Below are positions 11,972 to 23,300 of a stretch of 64,000 nt of DNA, in pieces (within the stretch, counting starts at the first letter, position 1; each line of letters opens with the position of its first letter). The DNA comes from Phormidesmis sp. RL_2_1 (lineage in GTDB: Bacteria > Cyanobacteriota > Cyanobacteriia > Phormidesmidales > Phormidesmidaceae). Position numbers and translations under genes: made by a program. The stretch lies in NCBI GenBank assembly GCA_012033015.1, contig JAAUPS010000001.1, positions 3,490 through 67,489 on the forward strand, written 5' to 3'. A model generated the notes under the pieces. It searched no databases. It was not told the origin of the DNA and saw only the letters and a list, made by a program, of their open reading frames with translations.

Positions 11972-14900
11972 TCAGACAGATGATTGGGGCAGACAGATTA
12001 AAAATTCAGTTCCCTGGTCTAGTTTTGAGTTTACCGTTAGGCTGCCGCCGTGCTTTTCGACCATAATTTGACGTGCGATCGCCAGCCCTAATCCGGTTCC
12101 TTTACCCACAACTTTGGTGGTAAATTTGCGATCAAAAATTTTCGAGCGGACCGCTTCAGACATGCCTTTACCGTTATCAAAAATGCTAATTTCTATACCG
12201 TGGGAGGCTGTTAGCTGAGTGCGAATGGTAATCTGCTGGGGATTGGCCTGAAAGTGCTTGAAAGTTGTCCTTTCAGCCATTTCATCGAACATATCGATCG
12301 CATTGGCCAGTATATTCATAAACACCTGGTTAATCTGCCCAGGGAAACAGTCGATTTCTGGCAATGTGCCGTAGTCTCGAATGATTTCAATTTCTGGGCG
12401 TAGGTCAGTGGCCTTTAAACGATATTTAAGAATGAGCAGCGTGCTTTCGATACCTTCATGCATGTCTGCTTTAAATTTGGATTCTGTATCTGCCCTTGAG
12501 AAGATCCGCAAGCTGTTACTAATGCTGCGAATACGCTGGCAGCCTACTTTCATCGAGTCCAGCATTTTTGAGACATCTTTCAGGACAAAATCAATATCTA
12601 TCTCTTCAAGGAGTTCGTCGATTTCTTCTCCTGGCTCCGGAAAGGTGTCCCTATAAATTTGGAGACATTCAGTGATATCAGCTAGCGCACGATGAACTTC
12701 TTTGACGTTGCCAGCGACGAATCCTAAGGGGTTGTTGATTTCGTGGGCCACACCTGCTACCAAGTTACCTAGCGCTGACATTTTTTCGCTCTGTACTAGC
12801 TGTAGCTGCGATTCTTCAATCTGTTTTACATAGGCTTGAGACTGCTGGTAGAGTCGAGCATTTTCCAGGGCAATTGCAGCTTGAGTCGCTAGAAAATTGA
12901 TTAAGGTCAACCGCTCGGCATGGAAAACGCCGCTGGTGGTTTGATTTTCCACATACAAAATTCCGCGTAGCTGTGTGCGATCTATGAGCGGCAAACACAG
13001 GACACTCGCGGGCATTTTTGCGCTGAGGTAAGCATCAGCAACCGGTAAATCGTCGCGATTAATGTTGTTGATGACTGCTAGCTGACCTGTTCGCTTAACG
13101 TAGCGAATGAGCTGAACGGGTAAATGAGTGCTCTCTTAGGGCAATCGGGCATAAATCGATGGTCTCTAGGGTTGCGATCGCCCGCACTTGAATATCACCC
13201 TTCGGCTCCCAGAGCATAATTGCGCAACGATCGCTCCCTGAATTTTGCAAAACAATATGGGTGAGCTGACTCAGCAACTGATCGAGATCAATCGTGCTAG
13301 AAATAGCTTGGGATGTTTTGAGAATCGCAATTAAGTCTAAAGCAGTATTGGTGTTAGCATAAGGAGATTGTGTCTCCCCAGACTGAAGAGAATTACGCCC
13401 GAGCGTTGAATGGGCAGTTGAATGGGCAGTTGAATGGGTAAAAGTGGACGTCGAAAGGGTTGAATTCGAAAGGGTTGAATTCGAAAGGGTTGAATTCGAA
13501 AGGGTTGAATTCGAAAGAGCAGCCCACGTGGACAGTGTGGATAGTGTGGATAGCGAATGAATCGATTGACGATTGGATTGAAAATAGGAGATAGTAACTG
13601 GTAGTAGAGGTATCTAAGCTGTTCGAGCTTAGCACCTGCTCCCCAGCGAGCATAACAGCTATAAGCTTCCTGGATATAGCTAGCAGCAATTCTCTCTTTT
13701 CCCCAATCTAGATAGAATTTAGCCGCTAGCTCGTTAGCGATCGCCTCTTCTTGGAGATATTCATTGTTTCTCGCATGGGCGATCGCCGCGTCATACCCTT
13801 CTATGGCATCCATGTAGCGTTTGTCATATTTAGCGAGTTCAGCCGCTATTAAATCGCACTTGTGCTGATAATTTTCAGGTGCGTATTTGGCCCAGTGTTT
13901 TAATTTCGTCAAACAGTTAGCAATATCTTCTCGTGCTTGCAACTGCTGAGCTAGGCTCATTTGGTTCAAGCAAGCCATGCGCGCCAAAGAAGAGTAAAAC
14001 ATTTCAGTCGGGATAAATAAGCTGCCAGCAACCCCCGTATTGTGCTCTCGCGCAATTTTTCCATACGCTAGTGCCTGCTCGTATTCTGCAAACACGTAGC
14101 ATAAAAAGCTTTTGACAAAATATGTCACAAAGACTAATGTCAACTGTTTTTGTTCACTAGCGCTGGCAGACGATCTTGCTCACGATAAATCTCTCCGTCT
14201 AAAAGCGTTGGACTTTCACTGGTCTTTTTGTCACGACTCTCTTTGCGTGCATCTTGCTTGTGTCCGAGCAAATTCAAAGTTGCTTGAAACCAAGGGGCTA
14301 AATAGTCAATGTGAAAGCCCTGTTCAAGATATTTGATAATCGAGAGCTTTTGCTGGCAATCTTCTTTCACCTGTGTCAAAGGCTTTCCTATCAAAAACAG
14401 ATATTGAGCATGTTCTGCTGCGTCGTAGCTAGCGAATTCCAGATCTCCCGTCTCCAAACCTGCTTGCAAACCATCGAGATGAAAGTCTAAACAGTGCTTG
14501 GCATGGCTTTTCCAAGGCCCAATACAAGTCGCATAGATATTTAAAACTTTAGCGCGTAGCGTACGCTCATCAAAATGATTCACTAAGGCCACTGCCAACT
14601 GTCCGAACGCATAGCCTGTATCAATTTCTCCAAACACTTCGCACAAGATGGTGCCATACCAAGCATAGCCAAATGAGGACGCTGGGCAGTTACCATAGTG
14701 CAAAGACAGCGATACCATCGTAAAAGCTAGCCGCCGAAAGTCAATAGGACTTACGGCCCAAGCCGAGGTAATAATCCCCGTCATAATATCCATAGCAGCT
14801 AGTTTGTGCAGATCACTCATCGTGGGTGCATCAATCAGTGCTGAAATATCGCTAGCTACCTGTGGAGGCTCTTCGAGTAAGGTAATCTCTAGCATTGACA

Positions 14901-17647
14901 GTACTTTCAGCCCAATCTCTAAAGCTTTATGCTGATCGCCTTGCCCAATCCAAGCTCGAATTCTCACCTCATGAACCTTAATATTGTCGAGAATATCTTG
15001 AGTCTGTTCTAGAATCGTTGCGGCTAGTGGTTCTATGACGTCAAAATTAGTACTCAAATATTCAGACTCTAAAGATTCAACAAAAATCTCTAATGTGGTT
15101 GCATAGTTGCTCAGCCAGCTATTTTCTGACAGCAGTTGACGTGACACATTACAGTAATCCACCGCAGTGCTATAGGCTGTAGCCGCTTTTGCCTTACGTC
15201 CAGCTTTGAGATTTAGCTGAGCTAAATGATTTCGCTCTTGGGAGGTCTGTAACAGATTTCGCCCTTTATTGAGCTGACCAACCATGGCAAAGAACGCCTG
15301 TGACTGTTCTCGTGAGGCTGTCTCTTGTAAAAGGCGCTGACCAATTTTGAGATGAATCGCCTGTTTATCGCGCTCTGGAATCAGTGAATACGCTGCTTGC
15401 TGGACGCGATCGTGCAAAAACGGTAGCCAACGGTCATCGCGCTGGTGGGCAAGGTCTGTTCAGGTAAGGTATCGGCCATTTCATCAGGCTGTTTGTTCCC
15501 TTGAAAAAACTTGTAAGTTTCACTTTCTGGAATTATCAAACCTGCTTGTAGCGCTTGCCATAAGTCGGCTGCCACTTGCTCTCGACTGCGTTGACACACA
15601 ATTGTCAACGTCTCTAAGTCAAAGCGATTGCCAATGCAGGCCGCTAGTTTTAACACAGTCTGTGTGGCGGCTGGCAGCTTTTGCAACTGCCCTACCATAA
15701 AGCTCACCACATCATCTGTCAGTGCTAACTGACTGACTTGAGCGAGATCGCATTGCCAATAGCCCATCTCAACATTAAAGGTAATCCAGCCTTCGGCATA
15801 CAATCCTTGCAAAAACTGAGTGGTGAAAATGGATTGCCCTGAGTCTTGGTGTAGATCAGCTTTGACAGGGGCAATGCCACATCAGGTGAGCACAGCAGCG
15901 CATCAGCGACTAAACCAGTAATGTCATGGTGCTCCAAAGCGGCTAATGTCAGTGTAGTGAATGGTGTGCTTTGTCTTTTGATTTCATCGAGGGTCAACAT
16001 CAGCGGATGAACCGGCCACACCTCATTGTCTCGGTAAGCGCCTACGATCAACAAATGGCCGATTTTTGGGGCTTTTCCTGAGTCCGTTTTTGAGCTTGAT
16101 CTTGATTCACTCAGCAACAGCTTCAGCAGATTTAAGGAAGCTGAATCGGCCCACTGCAAGTCATCTAAAAAAATGACTAAAGGATGCTCTGCGGTAGTAA
16201 AAACACTAACGAACTGATTCAACGTGAGGTTAAAGCGGTTTTGGGCCGCACTACCGGAGAGTTCCGGTACCGCAGGCTGTGGCCCAATGATATATTCAAG
16301 CTCGGGAATTACTTCAAGGAGGACCTGAGCGCTAGTGCCGACGGCTTGGATAATTTGTTGTTTTAACCGTTGCAAAGTCCCGTCGGATTCTCCTAACAAT
16401 TGCCCCATTAAACTTCGAAAAGCCTGCACAAAGGCGGAAAAAGGAACGCTGCGGTTGAACTGATCGAATTTGCCTTGAATAAAGTAGCCATTTTGGCGGG
16501 TCATCGGTTTGTGTACCTCATTGACCACGGCAGTTTTCCCAATTCCAGAAAAACCCGCTATCAGCATCAGTTCTGGCTGGCCTTTACTGGCACGATCAAA
16601 GGCATTTAACAGCGCTGTCACTTCTTCTTGACGTCCATAAAGTTTTTCAGGAATCAAGAATTGATCTCTAATATCTTTCTCACCCAGCTTAAATTCACTG
16701 AGTGATCCATCTTGTGTGTCGGCAGGGTTGTGCTCTTTTTTGAGGAACTCGTCTCGACAGCGCTGTAAGTCATATTTCAGTCCTAGGGCGCTCTGATAGC
16801 GGTCTTCGGCATTTTTTGCCATCAGCTTTATGACAATTGCAGACAAAATGGGTGGCACTGCAGCGTTGATCTCATGGGCGGCAGGGGGCGGCAGGGTCAT
16901 GTGGCTGTGAATCAATGCCATCGGATCATCGCTCGTAAAGGGCAATTGCCCTGTCAGCAGTTCGTAAATTGTGACTCCAAGGGCATAAAAATCACTGCGA
17001 TAGTCAATTGCTCGGTTCATTCGCCCAGTTTGTTCAGGAGAAATATAAGCGAGGGTGCCTTCTAGCCCAGTGGGGTTGGCAAGTTGTTGATGTTCCTTGG
17101 GCAAAAGACAAGCAATGCTAAAGTCGATGAGTTTAATTTGGCCGGTTTGAGGATGGATGAGAATATTATCTGGTTTGATATCTTTGTGAATAATCCGCTG
17201 CCCTATGAGATAGTGCAGCGCATCGGCTAGTTGAATGGCGATTTCTAGCCCGGTAACTACGCTCAGATTGCCTTGCGGCTCGGCTGCTTGTCTTAATGGC
17301 TGACCCGCTAGCTGCTGACGGTAGCGGGTCAAAGCGATAAACCCTTCATCGGGCATTATCAGTGCATCCCGATTACCCCAGCGCTTTAATAACAATGGGG
17401 AGGTAAATGCAGGATGATCTAAATGCCGAGCTATTTCATATTGATTGCGAAACTGTGCCAGCATCCCAGCACTCGGATGGGTATGGCATAGCGCTTTGAT
17501 AACCACTGGTTGCTGAGAGTTTATTTGAAGTGCTCGATAGACTTCTATGCCCGATTCATTCAATATGCATGGGTCATCAGAGAGTTTCTCAACGATAGTA
17601 TAGCCAGATAAATCAGCGATAACGGCAGGATCAGTATTCATCGTCAA
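11972..17647 (-). CDS. Ser/Thr kinase-AAA ATPase-GAF-histidine kinase hybrid (split by several frameshifts)
   Basis: HKDIKPDN, GTLAYISPEQTGR, GFSGIGKT, FLDDLQWAD, HDRVQQAAY, LYVEN, AHEINNP and GTGLGL across consecutive ORFs. Confidence 0.85.
13451..13517 (+). repeat. 15-bp tandem repeat (TCGAAAGGGTTGAAT) x4 inside kinase linker
   Basis: Directly visible. Confidence 0.85.
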
Positions 17648-17669
17648 GGTTATATGCGGCTATACAGTA

Positions 17670-17700
17670 ATTAATTCACCGGAAGTATCGGTGAATTAAT
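17670..17700. promoter_or_regulatory. Perfect 12-bp inverted repeat between desC and kinase (terminator or operator)
   Basis: ATTAATTCACCG-gaagtat-CGGTGAATTAAT. Confidence 0.45.
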
Positions 17701-17819
17701 AGCAACTTCATAATTTAATTGTTCCCATAGTTCCTGTTAATGAGATTTCCTCAGCCTGTTATGAGCGCTGGCCGTACCATACAGGTGCCAATCAGAATGC
17801 TTGAGTTGACGGTTTGACC

Positions 17820-18761
17820 TTACACCTGTGCTTTAGCAGGGGGCATCACCACTTTAGTCGCTAGCCCTACAGATTTGAGCCCTTTAATCAGCCACCAGGT
17901 CATATCGATTTCCCAAGGTGCAAGCCCTGCTTTAGCCATTTTGGGAAAGGCATGGTGATTGTTATGCCAGCCTTCACCATAGGTGAGAAGGGCTACCCAC
18001 CAGAGGTTACGGGAGTTGTCGTCACTGTCAAAATGGCGATAGCCTGACATGTGGTTGGCAGAATTAATCAGCCAAGTGCAGTGCCACAGCGCAACGGCGC
18101 GCACAAATACTCCGTAAATCACAAATGACCATCCCCCAAGGGCATATAGCAGACATGCAACGGGCACTTGCAGTAGCAAAAAGTATTTATCTAAAAAGGC
18201 GTAGTAGCGATCGCGCGCAATGTCCGGTGCATTTTTAGCATATACCCGGCGATCAAACACTTCTGGCTTGAGGTAAAACATCCATATCATGTGGCTCCAC
18301 CAAAAGCCTTTTTTCGCAGAATAGGGATCTTTTTCAATATCTTCAGTAAAAGCGTGATGCTGACGGTGTCCGGCCACCCAAAACGTGGGGCCACCTTGTA
18401 GGGCCAATGCCCCGATCGTTGCAATCACATACTCCAACCATTGGGGCACGCGAAAGCTACGGTGGCTGAGCAATCGATGATAGCCGAGGCAAATTCCAAT
18501 GCTGCCACATAGCCAATGAAAGAAAATGGCAACGCCTAGCGCTGACCAAGAAAAAAACCAAGGTGCCAGTAAAGCTAGAGCATGAAACCCAGCAAAGAAG
18601 CCAACGGTGGCCCAGCTAATTTTGTCGGTCGGCTTTTGAGATTGCGAGTTCTTTGGGGCAGGCAACGAGTCAGGGTGAAGATTAGAGCCAGAAAAGCTTG
18701 GAGCCGTTTTCACACCGGGTATGCGGCTGTGTGGGAGGCTGTGTGGGAGGCGAGTGTTCAT
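17820..18761 (-). CDS. desC: Delta-9 acyl-lipid desaturase
   Basis: His boxes HRLLSH, HRQHH and GEGWHNNHH. Confidence 0.9.
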   Translation of the reverse strand: MNTRLPHSLPHSRIPGVKTAPSFSGSNLHPDSLPAPKNSQSQKPTDKISWATVGFFAGFHALALLAPWFFSWSALGVAIFFHWLCGSIGICLGYHRLLSHRSFRVPQWLEYVIATIGALALQGGPTFWVAGHRQHHAFTEDIEKDPYSAKKGFWWSHMIWMFYLKPEVFDRRVYAKNAPDIARDRYYAFLDKYFLLLQVPVACLLYALGGWSFVIYGVFVRAVALWHCTWLINSANHMSGYRHFDSDDNSRNLWWVALLTYGEGWHNNHHAFPKMAKAGLAPWEIDMTWWLIKGLKSVGLATKVVMPPAKAQV

Positions 18762-18786
18762 AGTATGCTTGAAGATGCTAGGATGT

Positions 18787-18857
18787 TGCAAGTGATGCTT
18801 GCATGAAAAGCATAGCGCACCCAATCTTCATTTTGCAAGTGTCACTTGCAAAATGAA
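18787..18857. promoter_or_regulatory. Two TGCAAG-N5-CTTGCA operators (18787-18803; 18827-18857, perfect 15-bp arms)
   Basis: TTCATTTTGCAAGTG-t-CACTTGCAAAATGAA between divergent desC and TetR genes. Confidence 0.65.
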
Positions 18858-19022
18858 TTGAAAACATCTGTACGCCTTCCTGTGCATTTTCCTGTACGCC
18901 TTCCTGTGCATCTTCCTTGTCGCTAACTGATATCCTTTTTTAATCCTGATAAAACCTCAATAAAACCTCAATAAAACCTCAATAAAACCTCAATGAAACC
19001 TCACGGTGGGGGTGCTAAGGCC

Positions 19023-20287
19023 ATGGCTGAGAAAAAAACATCTAGTCGAGAACGTATTGTCAGCTCAGCTTTAGCGCTATTTTCAGCTCAGGGTATTACT
19101 GCAACGACAACCAAGCAAATTGCCGAACAAGCTGAGGTCAATGAGGTCACCTTGTTTCGCCAGTTTGGTAGCAAGCAAGGCTTGCTTTTGGCCGTCGTCC
19201 AGGAAGCGCCTATCCTGGACGAAATGCAAGCGGCACTCACTAAAATTGCCGATGCCGATGAGCCGCTAAAAGCCTATGGGGCTTTGGGCTTATCACTATT
19301 AGGAAGCGTGCCAGAACTGGTGCGATCGCTTATTGGCGAAGCGGGTCAATCTCCTGCTGAAAACTTAGCGGCCATCAGCCATGCGATGCATCAGGCTAAT
19401 CAGCAAACCGTCGCTTATCTGCAAAATGCGTCGCTCCGCTTCCCTGCACAATTGTCTGTAGATGCAGGCGCAAGTCTCTTAAATACCTTGATTTTGGGGC
19501 GAGCCATTATGGAATTTACCAGCGGTGAACAGCGTTTATGGCAAAGCCAAACAGAATTTTTGGCGGATATCAATAGATTGTTTTCGCCAGAGCGATCGTC
19601 ATCGTCTGCAGGGCCTGATCGCAGCGTCCAAGGGGTGGCCGATCTGTCTGCTGAAACCGTGCGATCGCTCTTGCAAAAAGCGAAAAACAAGGAACCCAAG
19701 CCTATGCCTTGGCCTACGTTCTCTTCGGCGCAGGGCTACGAGTAGAAGAAGCTGCCGAATTATTGCGATCGCACTCACTCAGCAGTAAAACCCAGCATAT
19801 CCTCACCCTCACCGGCCCCGCCCATCAGCCAGGAGCCCAACCAATGGCCAAACCAATGGCCCAACCAATGGCCCAACCAATGCCTAGACAAGTCCCTTTA
19901 AACCGATGGATTATGGGCCATCGCTACGGCACCTACCTCAAAAATCCGCTCACCCAATGGCTCAAAAGTCGCACAGACACCAGCCCCTATGTCTTTATTG
20001 AAGACAGTGGTGAACCTTTAAAGTTTGCAGGCATTATCGCTCTATGGAACGCCATCGTAACCGATTCCACCGTGACTCATCCAGCGATGACAACCAACAA
20101 TCCCCTTGTAACCCCCTTTCAAGCCCGCCAAACTTGGTGCATAGAACTCTTAATGAAAGCCATGAGCCTAGAAAATCTCAGCATTTTATCGGGCTTAAGC
20201 CTCGATGAGTTGCAGCCATACGCCCACCGGGCAAAAGAAAAAGCAGCCTTAGAACAAGCCTTAGCCATCGACCAAAAAAACACCTAG
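19023..20287 (+). CDS. TetR-family regulator with C-terminal tyrosine-recombinase-like domain (frameshift near 19690)
   Basis: TetR HTH (TTTKQIAEQAEVNEVTLFRQFGSK); C-terminal LFGAGLRVEE, TPFQARQTW, ELQPY. Confidence 0.7.
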
Positions 20288-20363
20288 CCCTTCCCCTCTT
20301 CCTTTTCCCCTATCCCCTTCTTCCCTTGACCCCTTCTCGTCCTCCTGCCCCTTTTCGTTTTCC

Positions 20364-23300
20364 TTACCCCCCAACCGGCAACGTCACCTCAAATACTGTC
20401 CCTGCCCCTATCTCGGAACAAACCGTCAGCATTCCCCCATGCTTTTCCACCACAATGGCATAGGCAATCGCTAGCCCCAAACCCGTCCCCTTACCGACCG
20501 GTTTCGTTGTAAACAGATGATCAAACACACGTGCCTGTACCGCCTCATCCATTCCAGGGCCGTTGTCGGCGATGCGAATCATTACCGTGTGCTCGTTCGC
20601 CAGAGCGGTGGTAATCGTAATTTGGCTAGGTTTCGCCGCTAGTTCAGCTAGAGTTTTTTGCTCATTGTCTTCTTCAATCGCGTCAATCGCATTGGCAATG
20701 AGATTCATAAACACCTGATTGAGCTGGCCAGCGAAGCAGTGGATGTTTGGTAAACTGGCATAGTTTTTAACCACTTTAATAGACGGACGGCTATCGCCAG
20801 ATCTTAAACGATGCTTCAAAATCAGCAGTGTGCTATCGAGTCCCTCATGAATATTGAATGCTGTTTTACAGTCCTGGTCGGCGCGTGAAAAGGTGCGCAA
20901 GCTATGGCTAATATCGCGAATACGACTTACCCCAAAATTCATTGAATGCAGTAAGTTGAGCAAATCTTCTCGAATAAAGGCTAAATTTAGTTCTGACATT
21001 TCTCCTAAAATGACTTCTCTGGGCTCATTCTCTTCAACCAGATCGAGAATGCTGAAGAGATCTTCTACATAGTTGAGCGCAGGTTTTAAATTGCCTTGCA
21101 AGAAATTAATAGGATTGTTAATTTCATGGGCAACACCGGCCACTAAATTGCCTAAAGCCGACATTTTTTCGTTTTGCACAAGCTGTATATGAGACTGACG
21201 CAAATCTTCTAGCGCTTGCTGTGCCTGATGGTAAAGCCGTGCATTTTCAAGTGAAATAGCAGCTTGCGTACAAATCAGATTCAGCACTTCCACTTGTTTC
21301 GCTGTAAATGCGCCAATGGTGAGATTGTTCTCTAAATACAAAATAGCAATCAGCTTCCCCTGACTGAGAATTGGAGTACACAGCACGCTTTTGGGCTGAG
21401 TGCGTAACACATAGGGATCTACGCTCAAAGATGCCTGCACGGCAGCATTAAAAATAACGGCGGGTTCACAGGTGTTTTTGACTTGATTGAATACAGAAAG
21501 CGGTAGTTTGTCACCCGTTTTAACCGGTTGTGCCTGTAAAAGAACAGGTGGTTTGCCCCGTTCAAAAAATGCCTCAATCACCCACTGATCTGCTTGGGGC
21601 ATCAGCAAGATGCATTTATCAGCGCCAGCATTTTGTACCACCGCATCTAGCAGCGCAGAGAGTAATTTATCTAACTCAATTTCGCGCGAAAGAATTTGCG
21701 ATGTGTGCAGCAGCGTCGTCAGATCGATCACTGCAGAAATATCTGTGCTACTTGACGTGGTGTCAGAACGGCTGGTGTCAGAACGGCTGGTGTCAGAACG
21801 ACTGGTGTCAGAACGACTGACGGTAGAGCAGGTGTTGGCATAGGCCAAAATAGTATCGGTCGAGGAGAGTCTAGGGGGTTGTGTTTGTAAGATGACGGCG
21901 AGTAGTTGGGCATAGCGCTTTTCCAAATCTAAAATTTTGGCGCGAGCCCCCCAGCGACTGTAGGCGTAGTAAGCGTCACTCATGTAGCTTTGGGCAATGC
22001 GGTTTTTGCCCCACAGCAGATAAAATTTGGCCGCTAATTCGTTGGCGATCGCTTCTTCTTGAATCAATTGATTGGCCTGTGCTAGGGCGATCGCCTGATC
22101 GTAATGGTCAATGGCACGGGCCTTTTCGTCTGATAATCGGCACCGCTCAGCTTCTACTAAGTGCCAGCGATGGAGATGATTCATTGGCGCTAGGTTGGCC
22201 CACGCTTTAAGCTTCTGTTGATTGATAATGACGCGGGGAAGCTGGCTAACCTTGGGAATCGCTAAACAAGCAAGAGAATCGTAAAAACACAATGCCGGTA
22301 ACCACTGAGAACTTTGGATGCCCTGCACATAGTTCAAAGCCTGATCAAAGCTAGCTTGGGCTGTTTGCGGCTGATCAAAAATATAGGCCAAAATGCCTTG
22401 GTTAATATGGGCATGAGCTAGCCCTGTGATGTCATTGGCGGCGAGCTGAATGGGCAGTGTTTGGCTTTGGCTGTAGGCTTCGCCCTCTAGCTGAGCGGGG
22501 TCATGGCTGTGGCCCAGCAGGTTTAAAGTCACCTGTTGGTAAAGGCTGAGATGGTGGTAGGCACTCGGTTGCTGAAGCTGGTTTACAAGATCGCGATCGC
22601 CCATCAGTTTCTCAGCTAATTTTTCCAGGCTGTGGCCTGCTAAGTAGGCGGAGTGACCGTAAGCTGCCATAGCCCAAGCGGCGTACTCACTATCACCTTT
22701 TTCTAAGCCCCTCTGGTAGCTTTTTTGCAATGGCGTCAGCACCGATGCTAGCGGTGCCATCCAAGGACGAATCAAACCATAAACCGGTAAACCCACCCGA
22801 GCTTCGATAGTGTCAACAGAGCTTTTAGGGTCAACAGACCTGCTGGCCAATAGCATCAGGGCAAGATCTCCCATTTGCTGAGCCCGGTCAACCTCACCGG
22901 TCAATCCGCATAAAATCGCCCCATACCAGCCGTATAAAACAGGTGATAATGGGCTGTGACCAAAGATTAAGCCGCTATCAATCCCTGTGCACACTAGCAG
23001 CGGCAGTATATCGGGTCTGGCAATGTATGCTGCTGATACCGCCTTGACCAACAGGCGCATCGCCCATAAGGCTTGCGGATCTTCCATCGCCGGGAGATCC
23101 ACTAAGCTCAAAATAGGTTTTTCGCCAATCCGCTCAGCGGTGGCACAAAGTGCTTGCTGAACCCTTTGCGGCGTTGGCTGATCAGCAATCACTACCCCGA
23201 ACTGCCCTAACACCTTAAGGGTAAGATCTAAGCCCTGCAAAAAGTGGTTTTGGCCGATAGCTGCTTGAATTTGGATTTCATAAACGTCAATTTTATCGAG

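Noticed and set aside
20288-20363. Pyrimidine tract resembling the post-VR tract (second DGR target?)
   Set aside because: No TR similarity in the upstream gene and no hairpin.
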